This document shows positions 37,764 to 46,738 of a stretch of DNA of 59,633 nt, piece by piece. The stretch spans positions 1 to 59,633 of the forward strand of contig JALGVI010000004.1 of assembly GCA_029838215.1 (NCBI GenBank), in the 5' to 3' direction. The position numbers and the translations under genes were made by a program. Within the stretch, counting starts at the first letter, position 1. Each line of letters begins with the position of its first letter. The notes beneath the pieces are model-generated. The model was given only the letters and a program-made list of their open reading frames with translations, made no database searches and was not told the DNA's origin. This DNA comes from Candidatus Helarchaeota archaeon (GTDB lineage Archaea > Asgardarchaeota > Lokiarchaeia > Helarchaeales > RDOG01).

Positions 37764-37828
37764 TTTTGCGACCTTCTTGTCTTTTCAGTAATTTTCAATT
37801 CTATTTATACTTGCTTAAATTTTGCTTT

Positions 37829-39103
37829 TTATGTTTTTAAGTCTGGTTTTGGTTTTGTATATCCAAACGGATTGTCGTTAAAAATTATGGACTGAACTAC
37901 ATGTTGATGTTCGGGAAGGATCATTCCTTGTTTGAATGTTTCTTCACGTAATTGCTTTATCATTCCGGGAATGTCCACGTTACCCGGGCAAGCCTCTTTA
38001 CATCGTCCACAAGACATACATGCTAACAATCCAATTTGAACGGCTTTTTCCAAGCCCAAGATAAGTGCAGCTTTTATGACTCCTACGGGACTTGTTGCCA
38101 CTTCGGATTTATAGATGTCTAATCCTGCACTTTGAATTAGCGGGCAGGCCAAATAACAGGCGCCGCAATTGATGCATTTCAGGAGGCTCTTGAAGCCTTC
38201 TTTGGACTTTGCTATTGCCCTATATCCTTCAAGTAGCACTATGTGAACTTCTTGCGCTCCTGACATGCCATACACGTTAACGCCTTGTATGTCTGAAGTC
38301 TGGCTTGGTCCATTTATGAAAGAAACGTATGTTCCATTCAAGTCAATTGCAGCTTCTGCCATTTGCAGGACTGTTACAGCGTCTTTCCATGTTTCCACAA
38401 CTTTGTCCGTTCCAACTATGGCAATATGAACGGGAGGAAGTCTTGTTATCAGGGATATGTTTCCTTCATTTTCCACAATCCCGATGCGTCCATCTTCTGC
38501 AATGAGCACGTTTGCACCAGAAATCCCTACTCTTGCCCCGATGATTTTTTCCCTGAGTTCTTTCTTGCCTGCTTTCACGATTTCCTGTGGCATTGGTGGG
38601 ACATGGACGCCATAATATTCCGAGAACTCTTGAGCAATTCTCGTTGCAGGAATGTGAGCAGCGGGTCCAACAGGCAAGCTCGGTGTTTCATCTAAGATTT
38701 GAATTATACGATCCCCTAAGTCTGTTTCTATTACCTCGATTCCTTTTTCCTTTAAGAATTCAACGAGTCTTAGCTCTTTTCCCGTATTTGTTTTGGATTT
38801 AACGATGTATTTTTCGTCTTTCACCAGATTGAGAATGTAATCACGTGCTTCGTCCTCGGTTTTGGCAAGAAAAACCTTGAACATTTTAGATCTCGCGTTT
38901 TTGATGAAGTTTTCTAATAATTCTTTGTTTTTTTCAATTGCTTCTTCTTTAATTTTAATGTATTCTTCCCGATATTTTTCAGGTCTTTGATTATTCAAGA
39001 TTTTTTTCTCGTAACCAATATCGAAAAACGTGACGAGACTACTTGACATCTCATCTATTCCTTTGTCAACGAGATTTTTTCCATCTTCAGCAGGATTTGT
39101 CAT
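37829..39103 (-). CDS. lutB: Lactate utilization protein B-like (LUD domain plus 2x[4Fe-4S])
   Basis: VKSKT, ETDLGDRIIQ, ISGAN, ENEGN, GPSQTSDI, CINCGACYLACP and CMSCGRCKEACP. ATG at 39103 follows the SD GAGGAGG. Confidence 0.85.
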   Translation of the reverse strand: MTNPAEDGKNLVDKGIDEMSSSLVTFFDIGYEKKILNNQRPEKYREEYIKIKEEAIEKNKELLENFIKNARSKMFKVFLAKTEDEARDYILNLVKDEKYIVKSKTNTGKELRLVEFLKEKGIEVIETDLGDRIIQILDETPSLPVGPAAHIPATRIAQEFSEYYGVHVPPMPQEIVKAGKKELREKIIGARVGISGANVLIAEDGRIGIVENEGNISLITRLPPVHIAIVGTDKVVETWKDAVTVLQMAEAAIDLNGTYVSFINGPSQTSDIQGVNVYGMSGAQEVHIVLLEGYRAIAKSKEGFKSLLKCINCGACYLACPLIQSAGLDIYKSEVATSPVGVIKAALILGLEKAVQIGLLACMSCGRCKEACPGNVDIPGMIKQLREETFKQGMILPEHQHVVQSIIFNDNPFGYTKPKPDLKT

Positions 39104-39107
39104 TTTG

Positions 39108-39878
39108 TTAAACCTCCTCTTCATCTTTCCACGTATCTAAAATTCCTAATTCGTATGCAATTAATCGCACGAGACTAATTGGCTTGGTTTTTGACTCCGT
39201 CAATGTTGCAACCGTCTTGAAGTTATAGTAACAAGTTGGACAAGTCATGACAATTCCTCCATCACCTTTTGCTTTTGCTTTCTTTTTTGCTTCTGTAAAA
39301 GTTCGTTTAACCAGCGTGTTGCGAAGGTCGACATGGGGAATCCGGATGGGTCCTCCACAACATAATGAATTCTTTCCGCTTAATGGCATTTCCTTGTATT
39401 TAATCCCTGGAATTGACTGCAAAATGTACCTTGGCTCTTCATATAATTTTGCTTCTCGCCCCAAATGACAACCGTCAAAATAAGTAAGATTTTTCGAAAC
39501 TTGAATTTCTCTTTCGAATTTAATTTTTTTTTCCTTGAGAAGACTCGCAATGAGTTCCGTGAAGTGAATGATTTCCAACTTCATGTCTTGGATTATTTTT
39601 GGATAATCTATCTTGAAGGTCACGTAACATTCCGGACAATACGTAAGTATTTTTTTTACATTATTTTGCTTGAAATAGTCCCAATTTTGTTTTACTTTTT
39701 CTATTGCCTGTTTTTTTGCACCATGACGAAAAAGTTCTCCTCCACAACAAGGCTCATTGGGTAAAACGAAGAATGGAACGTTTATTTCCTGTAAAATTTT
39801 AGCAATTAGATTATCTACATCTGTTTGAGAGTATGCCAGAGTGCAACCTCGAAAATATAAAATTTTTTCATCTTGCAT
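39108..39878 (-). CDS. lutA: CCG-domain (Fe-S)-binding protein, LutA/GlcF-like
   Basis: YFRGC...EPCCGG...YCPECY and YFDGCHLGR...LCCGG...TCPTCY. ATG at 39878 follows AGGAG. Confidence 0.8.
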   Translation of the reverse strand: MQDEKILYFRGCTLAYSQTDVDNLIAKILQEINVPFFVLPNEPCCGGELFRHGAKKQAIEKVKQNWDYFKQNNVKKILTYCPECYVTFKIDYPKIIQDMKLEIIHFTELIASLLKEKKIKFEREIQVSKNLTYFDGCHLGREAKLYEEPRYILQSIPGIKYKEMPLSGKNSLCCGGPIRIPHVDLRNTLVKRTFTEAKKKAKAKGDGGIVMTCPTCYYNFKTVATLTESKTKPISLVRLIAYELGILDTWKDEEEV

Positions 39879-40164
39879 GATATTAATCCCGCTCCTTGTC
39901 AAGCCAAATCAAATTTTTTTATCGTGATTTTTTTTATATTCAGAATATCGTGCCTGATGTGGCTATATTGACGTGCTTTCTTCTTTCCCATACATGCGAT
40001 GTAATAAATTTTATTTTGGGAGCTTAAGTTTTTTCTGAGTTCAAATTTGAATATATTTGTCTTGTAATTAAATATTTATAACAAGTCCATATTTCGTTTA
40101 TCAAGCGAGACTGATTTGAGTTAATCGTATACCCAAGATATTAAAGCCATAAAAGAATCTTCGG

Positions 40165-41364
40165 ATGATAGCTGTGGTTCAAATAAAAAGCCTCATTCTC
40201 AAAGAATTTGGACGTGTTAAATCCGACAAACGTTCTTTAATCATGCTGGTTCTCCTTCCGCTCGTTACTATAATTATTTTTGGTTTATCTACCGGTGGGG
40301 GACCTCAAATGACATTTAATGTTTCTCTCATAACAAATGATTATATCGGAGCGACTAGTCCTTCGAATTATACTTATGATAGTACTCTTATTGATGCCTT
40401 TCAGAACTCTTCATCATCTGATTTGATGTTTTCGCTTGTTGTCGTCTCCGTGTTCAATTCTACATCCACTTCTGAATATGCTCAACATTTAGCCGTTGCT
40501 AAGAATCAGATGAACCTTGGTCTCATTGATGCAATAGTAATAATACCGGAGAATTTTTCCGAGGATTTTGGAGCTGATAATGATACGATATTGGAGTGTG
40601 TTGTGGATGCTTCACAGACACAATATGCGGCAGAGAATTTCCAGACCGTGCTTCAATTACCAATAATGTATTTTCGGATGGAAACAGAGCACACGCAAGG
40701 AGCCATAATTTTTCTTCCATATCTTGAATTTGATGTTCCTTTAAGCTATAGCCAATTATTTAATTACATGGCATCAATGATTCTTCCTATTGCTTTATTG
40801 GGCACCACCATGAATCTCACGGCATTGTGTATCGTAACTGAAGGTCCCTTGCCCAGAATGTTAATAACTCCTGCTGGAAAGCGTGATGTTATTTTAAGCA
40901 AGTTAATTACCTACACCACTTTGATGATAATGCAAGCAACAATCGTGTTTATCACGGCTTCCGCCTTTAATTTGTATAGTGCGGGACCGCTTTTTGATTT
41001 ATTCATTTCTTTGATATTAGTTGGATTTGCAGGGACTTCAATCGGCTTATTGATTTCTGCAGTTACTCGAACGGAGCACCAAGCAAATCAGATTTATATT
41101 TTCGCTTTTATCTTATTTACTCTTCTCGGAGGATTATTCATTTCTGTTGATGCTCTGCCATTGCCGTTCCAGATCGTGATTTATTGTTTACCAATGGCAC
41201 ATTGCATGCCTCTAGTGAGTGACATCACGCTTCGTGGAATCAGCTATTTCACTCCCATGGCAAATATTAATTTATTATTTCATTCAGCCAGTCTTCTACT
41301 AATAAGCGGAGTTTGTTTTGTAGCTGCATTGGTGGCTTATCGAATTAAAAAGACGGAGGTATAA
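40165..41364 (+). CDS. ABC-2 type exporter permease 1 (large ectodomain after TM1)
   Basis: ILKEFGRVKSDKRSLIMLVLLP, one TM, an ectodomain rich in NxS/T sites, then 5 TMs with LGGLF...LP...LPMAH. Confidence 0.92.
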   Translation: MIAVVQIKSLILKEFGRVKSDKRSLIMLVLLPLVTIIIFGLSTGGGPQMTFNVSLITNDYIGATSPSNYTYDSTLIDAFQNSSSSDLMFSLVVVSVFNSTSTSEYAQHLAVAKNQMNLGLIDAIVIIPENFSEDFGADNDTILECVVDASQTQYAAENFQTVLQLPIMYFRMETEHTQGAIIFLPYLEFDVPLSYSQLFNYMASMILPIALLGTTMNLTALCIVTEGPLPRMLITPAGKRDVILSKLITYTTLMIMQATIVFITASAFNLYSAGPLFDLFISLILVGFAGTSIGLLISAVTRTEHQANQIYIFAFILFTLLGGLFISVDALPLPFQIVIYCLPMAHCMPLVSDITLRGISYFTPMANINLLFHSASLLLISGVCFVAALVAYRIKKTEV

Positions 41365-41365
41365 A

Positions 41366-42577
41366 ATGAAGAATTCATTCAGGCGCATTTACGGTCTCGT
41401 TAAAAAGGAATTCCGGTTACTGTGGAGTGATAAATATGCGCTTTTGATGGCAGTTTTTCTTCCTCCTGTAATCGTAATTTTTATTGGCGTTTTGCAGGGT
41501 ATATCAATACCGCCTCCCGTAATATGTGCTGTTGTCATAAATGATTCTCAACAATTTGGCGTGAATTCTTCATATATTTCATTAGAAGACAATTATACTT
41601 CTCCATTTTTGACCGCTTTGCGAAGTTTTCCAACGAGCCTTTCCATCACAGATACTGCAGGTAATGAGTTAATTTTTAACAGTTCATCAAATCCGTATGC
41701 GATGTATACTGCATATCAGCTTTTGTTATTACAACAGGTTGACGTTCTCATTGTTATTCCCCCGGAATTTTCGGAAACCATTATTTACGAAATTCTCTTT
41801 CCGAGGATTGAGATTGCCCCCGATGCTTCTGACGTGGCAAAAGTTCAACAGTTCATTAACGTTTTCAATGCCATTGGTGAGAAATTCGTGAAAGATAATG
41901 ATCTGGGACAGCAAATTCTTTATGAATTCGAAGAAGAATACGCGCCGCCCCAATCCATTCCTCCATTCTCATTTAATATTGCTCTTACATATTTAACATC
42001 GATGGCATTTCCATTCATGGTCATGGGTTTTACCATGATCCTGACAATTTTAGTGATTGTTACCGAGGCACCCATACCGCGTTTAATAATAACGCCTGCA
42101 AAAAAAGAAGAGATTCTCATCTCTAAGTATATCACTTATACTCTGGTGTCTCTTGCCCAAACCACGTTAATCTTTGTTTCCACCATGGCATGTCAAGTAT
42201 ACGTTCCCGTTCAATTGCTCCCCGATCTATTTTTGGGGTTATTCATCACGGGAATTTACGGCGTGACTCTAGGGATACTCATATCAACAATTTCCACTTC
42301 AAAAATGCAAGCAAATCAATTATTCTTTTTTATTTTCTTAACGATTCTTCTATTGAGTGGCATGATCATTCCCATTGAATCTCTATGGTTGCCATTACAG
42401 ATTGTTGCATACGGTCTTCCAATGGCTTGGGCTTCACCCATTTTCACGAATATAATATTTAAAAGTCAAGGATTTCTCTATACCTGGCCAAATTATCTGG
42501 TAATCCTGCTCATATCATTAATATTCATGGCCGTGACTTTAATTTGGTTCAGGTTTATGAAAAAAATGGAGGTCTGA
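41366..42577 (+). CDS. ABC-2 type exporter permease 2
   Basis: VKKEFRLLWSDK, an ectodomain, LLSGMIIPIESL and LPMAW. Starts 1 nt after the permease 1 stop. Confidence 0.92.
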   Translation: MKNSFRRIYGLVKKEFRLLWSDKYALLMAVFLPPVIVIFIGVLQGISIPPPVICAVVINDSQQFGVNSSYISLEDNYTSPFLTALRSFPTSLSITDTAGNELIFNSSSNPYAMYTAYQLLLLQQVDVLIVIPPEFSETIIYEILFPRIEIAPDASDVAKVQQFINVFNAIGEKFVKDNDLGQQILYEFEEEYAPPQSIPPFSFNIALTYLTSMAFPFMVMGFTMILTILVIVTEAPIPRLIITPAKKEEILISKYITYTLVSLAQTTLIFVSTMACQVYVPVQLLPDLFLGLFITGIYGVTLGILISTISTSKMQANQLFFFIFLTILLLSGMIIPIESLWLPLQIVAYGLPMAWASPIFTNIIFKSQGFLYTWPNYLVILLISLIFMAVTLIWFRFMKKMEV

Positions 42578-42578
42578 G

Positions 42579-43613
42579 ATGAGTTCGGAAGACGTAATTG
42601 AAGTCCAGAATCTCAACGTGTATTTCAAGGACAAACACGTCTTGAAGGATATTTCTTTCTCTTGCAGGAAGGGAGAAATATTGGGAATGATGGGTCTCTC
42701 TGGTGCCGGAAAGAGCACGTTGGTAAGGGTCCTAACCTGCCAACTTCGGCACGCTAAAGGTGAGGTGAAAGTAGGAGGGCATGATCCTAGAAAAAATCCT
42801 GAGAAAGTCCTACAGCTTATTGGCTACGTGCCTCAACTTGAAGAAGTCAATCTTTATTATGAATTTTCTGCCATTCAAAACGTCCTGATTTTTGCAGATT
42901 TGTATGGTATCGCAAGGGATGAAGCTCTAAAACTCACGAAAAAATATTTTCAAATTTTAGAAATTCCTGAGGATGTCTGGAATAAAAAAGTCAAGCGCCT
43001 CTCAGGTGGGGAGAAAAAACGTGTTTCAATTACAATGGGTCTAATCAATTCACCCGAAATTTTATTTCTTGATGAACCAACAACAGGCGTGGACTCTTCA
43101 AAACGCTTTGACATGATAAATTATTTGAAGAAATTGAACACAGAAACGGGCACCACGATGATCATTGTCACGCACGATTTAGAAACGGCAAATATTTGTG
43201 ATCGAACCATGATTTTAGTCGATGGTAAAATCATTGATTTTGACCATCCTGATAAGCTCATTCAAAAATTGCCTAGCAATGGAAAAATTCTGCGAATAAC
43301 CGTTCCTCATTTAAATGATCAAATCATCAAAAAAATTGATCAGGTTCCTGAGGTTTTCTTTCACATGCGGAAAGGTAAAGAGGTTCTTGAATTATACATG
43401 GATGATATTAATAAGAATTCGGCTAAATTGATAAAATTCTTGAATGATAATCATATTTCAATTCAAAAAATTACTCGAGATCGCGCAAAATTTAAGGAAT
43501 ACTTTCAGCTCCGGATAGAAAATCCAATACATGCCATAGATGGTGATTCAGCTCTAATTCAATCAGATCGCCAATTTTCTGAAATAAGAAAAAAAGGAGG
43601 TAAGATTTCATGA
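42579..43613 (+). CDS. ABC transporter ATP-binding protein (intact)
   Basis: GLSGAGKST, YVPQ, LSGGEKKR, LFLDEPTTG and THD, plus a C-terminal ACT-like extension. Confidence 0.95.
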   Translation: MSSEDVIEVQNLNVYFKDKHVLKDISFSCRKGEILGMMGLSGAGKSTLVRVLTCQLRHAKGEVKVGGHDPRKNPEKVLQLIGYVPQLEEVNLYYEFSAIQNVLIFADLYGIARDEALKLTKKYFQILEIPEDVWNKKVKRLSGGEKKRVSITMGLINSPEILFLDEPTTGVDSSKRFDMINYLKKLNTETGTTMIIVTHDLETANICDRTMILVDGKIIDFDHPDKLIQKLPSNGKILRITVPHLNDQIIKKIDQVPEVFFHMRKGKEVLELYMDDINKNSAKLIKFLNDNHISIQKITRDRAKFKEYFQLRIENPIHAIDGDSALIQSDRQFSEIRKKGGKIS

Positions 43614-46600
43614 AGCGTAAGACCAAAAAACGTTTAATTACAGCTACGATCTTTGGTCTATTACTAGGTACTCCCATCATTGCAATGGCAGGGTTTGGAT
43701 TTATTGCAAGTGTTCCCATTCCCATTTTACCTGACAAGCTCATTGAATATTTAGGTTTTTTTGATGAATTTAACATCAATTATACCTTGGGTCATCAAAA
43801 TGTTGATGGTATTTTTGTAGAACCCTCAATTGAAATTAATTATTATGCACAGGAAATATTAACTAATTTGAGCTCGCCCGTAACAGAAGAAGTAATGATG
43901 CTTTTTACCCGATTAATGTACATGATTTCTCATAAAAATGTTGATGGTGGTTTTTCTGAAGTCGGTGGTGCAGGAGATGTCATAACCACGTACCGAGTAT
44001 TGAGATTCCTTTATCTTGTCAATTCATCTTTTCTTAAAGACCCATCTTTTCAGCAATATTTTAATGATACAATCACCTTTCTAAATGACTCCGCATATTT
44101 GGGAGGTTATGCAATCAGACCGAATAGTCAAGTCGTTACGGTTGAAACGACCTACTGCGCTGCAATGTCACTGGTGATTTTGAATCAATCCGATTTGATT
44201 AATAATGTTACCCTTGGTGGATTTTTAACTTTATGCCATAATAATAGCATTACTGATGGTGGGTTTTATACTTCTATTCTTTCAAATGACACGAATGTGA
44301 AATCAACACATTACGGGATGGAACTGGCAAAAACCTTTGGTATTTTATTAATAGGGAATGATTCCAAGTTTATTGATGACTGCCAGAATCCCGACGGAGG
44401 ATTTGGAAACATGCGTAATGCCACCTCCGATGTTGAGGCGACTTATCACGGAATAATGGGTCTAAGACAGGATGGACTTCTTCCATCGAATTTAACAGGA
44501 GCCCAAGCATTTCTCAAAGCAGCACAAAATCAAGATGGCGGATTTGGAAATCATCCAAGAGACATTTCGGAATTTAGTGCGGCTTTTCACGTCATATTGG
44601 GACTAAATGCCACGGGTGATTCATTAACCGTAAGTAATGAGTCTTCTTTTTATTCGTGGTCCCTTCAGAATGAAGGTAATAATGGTTTATTCGGATACAA
44701 ATCGGTTCGTGCCAATTATTGGGCGATGTCAGCATTAATTTCTGCTGAAGCACAGGGTCGTGTTTCGCAAGGTCAGAAAAGAGAAATTGCAAGTTTTATA
44801 CAGCAATGTCAAAATACCGATGGAGGTTTTGGAACGCGTGATGGGACCATCAATTCAACTCTTTTTGACACTTTTTGTGCAATTCACGTGATTAAAATGC
44901 TTGAATCATCCGGACGTGGAATATATTTATCTTTATATGTCAACGTTTCAAGTGCCACTACCTATTTAAAATCTTTTCAAAATCACGATGGTGGCTTTAT
45001 GATGGGTGCGAACATAGATCTTTTCTGGGATTACATGACTGACGATTTTCAAAATCAATTTGAAGACACCATCAACGAAAATATTTCCTTGAGCATGTCT
45101 AGTTACTGGGCTTTCTCTTCGCTTTTAAGGTTAGGTCAATCTCCTGATGATTCACTCGGATTTACCTTATGGATGAAATCCTTGCAAAATATCGATGGTG
45201 GATTTGGAGCCACGACAGGTCTTTGGTCAGAGGTCGTTTCAACATATTATGTCACAAAAACGTTTAGTTTAATAAGTGAGAACATAAATTCAATTCCTTC
45301 TGCGATTGAATATTTGAAAAATGCCCAGAATCCTGATGGTGGCTTTAACCTAATTTCCATGCCAACTGGAATGGAATTCGGTGAAATTTCTTCAACTTAT
45401 TTATTTGTAACTTATTGTGCTGCAGAGGGTCTTTACCTGCTTGGTTCTCAACCCGGAACTACGATTTTTGACATTGATGCATTATATCAAGGCGCAAGTT
45501 GGGTGTATTCGTGTGCACCACTTTCGATGGAATTATTAATGGGCGGATTTGGCGACATTCCGTATTTTGGAGCGGATATACGTAATATTGAGATGGGCAT
45601 TACACTAATGGATGACATGACCGTGAATCAGGGTTTAATGACATGGGCAAAAGGTTGGCTTTTGTTATTATTTTCACTTCTCATTGTTGAAATTGCCTTC
45701 ATAGCCGCTTGGTATGGTTATAAAGCCGTGAAAATTGTCTTTCGTAAATTCAGACCCATAAAAGAGCTTGCATTTCATGAAATTTTAAAAGATCGGGTGG
45801 CGATAAAGTGTGAAGGTGTTACCATAAAAGCGGGCTCTAAAGTCATCATAGATAACGTTTCGTTGAAATTAAATCATGGTGAGATCTTGGGTGTTATCGG
45901 AGAAAGCGGTGCCGGGAAATCTACCTTTATTAAATCATTGATAGGCACGATGTATTATAGCGGTTCTATTTCAATTTATGAACTTGATAGCAAGAAGGAC
46001 AAGCAAAGATTGAAATCCATTTACGGATATGTTCCACAGGATTTGAGTAAAATTTATGAGAGTTTTACTGTTTTAGAGAATCTCATGCATTTTGGGAAGG
46101 AATATGGTTTAGATGAAGAGGAGATCCTGAGACGTTCTCGAAAAATTTTGATGGACTTGGGGATCTTAGAAAAAGAAAATGAATTGGTTAAGAATTTGTC
46201 AGGTGGTCAGAAACGTCGTGCATCTATCGCCGTTGGCATGATTCACCAGCCTGTAATCTGCATTCTCGACGAACCCACTTCGGGTCTTGATCCCGTCGTG
46301 CGCGATCAATTGTGGTATGCTCTTCTTAAAGTTAATGAAGAATATAAGACGACGTTGGTTGTCATAACGCATTACCCTGAAGATAGCCGATTTTGTGATA
46401 AAATTGCAATTTTTGGTCGACAACGAGGGCTTATAGATTTTGGAAGGCCACAAGAGCTCTATCAGAAATTGCCTGGAAGAGGTAGAGCACTTGATGTCGA
46501 ATTGAAAAAGGGTCAAACGGATGTCTTGCAGAAACTGCGAGGAATATCACGATTTGAACACGTCTTGGAAATCAAGAGAAATGAAATATATCGCATTTTA

Positions 46601-46738
46601 ACGGATTTAACATCTGCAGAAGTCTTGCTTGCTATCGAAAAGCAATTTGGATCTGGTTTTGTAGAGAACGTTGAACAGAAAGAAACGATCATGGCTGATT
46701 TGTTCCGAATGAAATCCTTGGAGGTTAAACTTGAATGA
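43610..46738 (+). CDS. Fusion: signal/TM, extracellular prenyltransferase-squalene-oxidase-repeat barrel, TM, intact ABC ATPase
   Basis: Seven [QK]NxDGGF repeats plus variants. TM GWLLLLFSLLIVEIAFIAAWYGY followed by RKFRPIK. Then GESGAGKST, YVPQ, LSGGQKRR, ILDEPTSG and THY. ATGA overlaps at both ends. Confidence 0.9.
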   Translation: MKRKTKKRLITATIFGLLLGTPIIAMAGFGFIASVPIPILPDKLIEYLGFFDEFNINYTLGHQNVDGIFVEPSIEINYYAQEILTNLSSPVTEEVMMLFTRLMYMISHKNVDGGFSEVGGAGDVITTYRVLRFLYLVNSSFLKDPSFQQYFNDTITFLNDSAYLGGYAIRPNSQVVTVETTYCAAMSLVILNQSDLINNVTLGGFLTLCHNNSITDGGFYTSILSNDTNVKSTHYGMELAKTFGILLIGNDSKFIDDCQNPDGGFGNMRNATSDVEATYHGIMGLRQDGLLPSNLTGAQAFLKAAQNQDGGFGNHPRDISEFSAAFHVILGLNATGDSLTVSNESSFYSWSLQNEGNNGLFGYKSVRANYWAMSALISAEAQGRVSQGQKREIASFIQQCQNTDGGFGTRDGTINSTLFDTFCAIHVIKMLESSGRGIYLSLYVNVSSATTYLKSFQNHDGGFMMGANIDLFWDYMTDDFQNQFEDTINENISLSMSSYWAFSSLLRLGQSPDDSLGFTLWMKSLQNIDGGFGATTGLWSEVVSTYYVTKTFSLISENINSIPSAIEYLKNAQNPDGGFNLISMPTGMEFGEISSTYLFVTYCAAEGLYLLGSQPGTTIFDIDALYQGASWVYSCAPLSMELLMGGFGDIPYFGADIRNIEMGITLMDDMTVNQGLMTWAKGWLLLLFSLLIVEIAFIAAWYGYKAVKIVFRKFRPIKELAFHEILKDRVAIKCEGVTIKAGSKVIIDNVSLKLNHGEILGVIGESGAGKSTFIKSLIGTMYYSGSISIYELDSKKDKQRLKSIYGYVPQDLSKIYESFTVLENLMHFGKEYGLDEEEILRRSRKILMDLGILEKENELVKNLSGGQKRRASIAVGMIHQPVICILDEPTSGLDPVVRDQLWYALLKVNEEYKTTLVVITHYPEDSRFCDKIAIFGRQRGLIDFGRPQELYQKLPGRGRALDVELKKGQTDVLQKLRGISRFEHVLEIKRNEIYRILTDLTSAEVLLAIEKQFGSGFVENVEQKETIMADLFRMKSLEVKLE

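Noticed and set aside
43610-45650. Active squalene-hopene cyclase or protein prenyltransferase beta subunit
   Set aside because: No DxDD motif, no DxC...H zinc ligands, predicted extracellular location, and no alpha-subunit gene.
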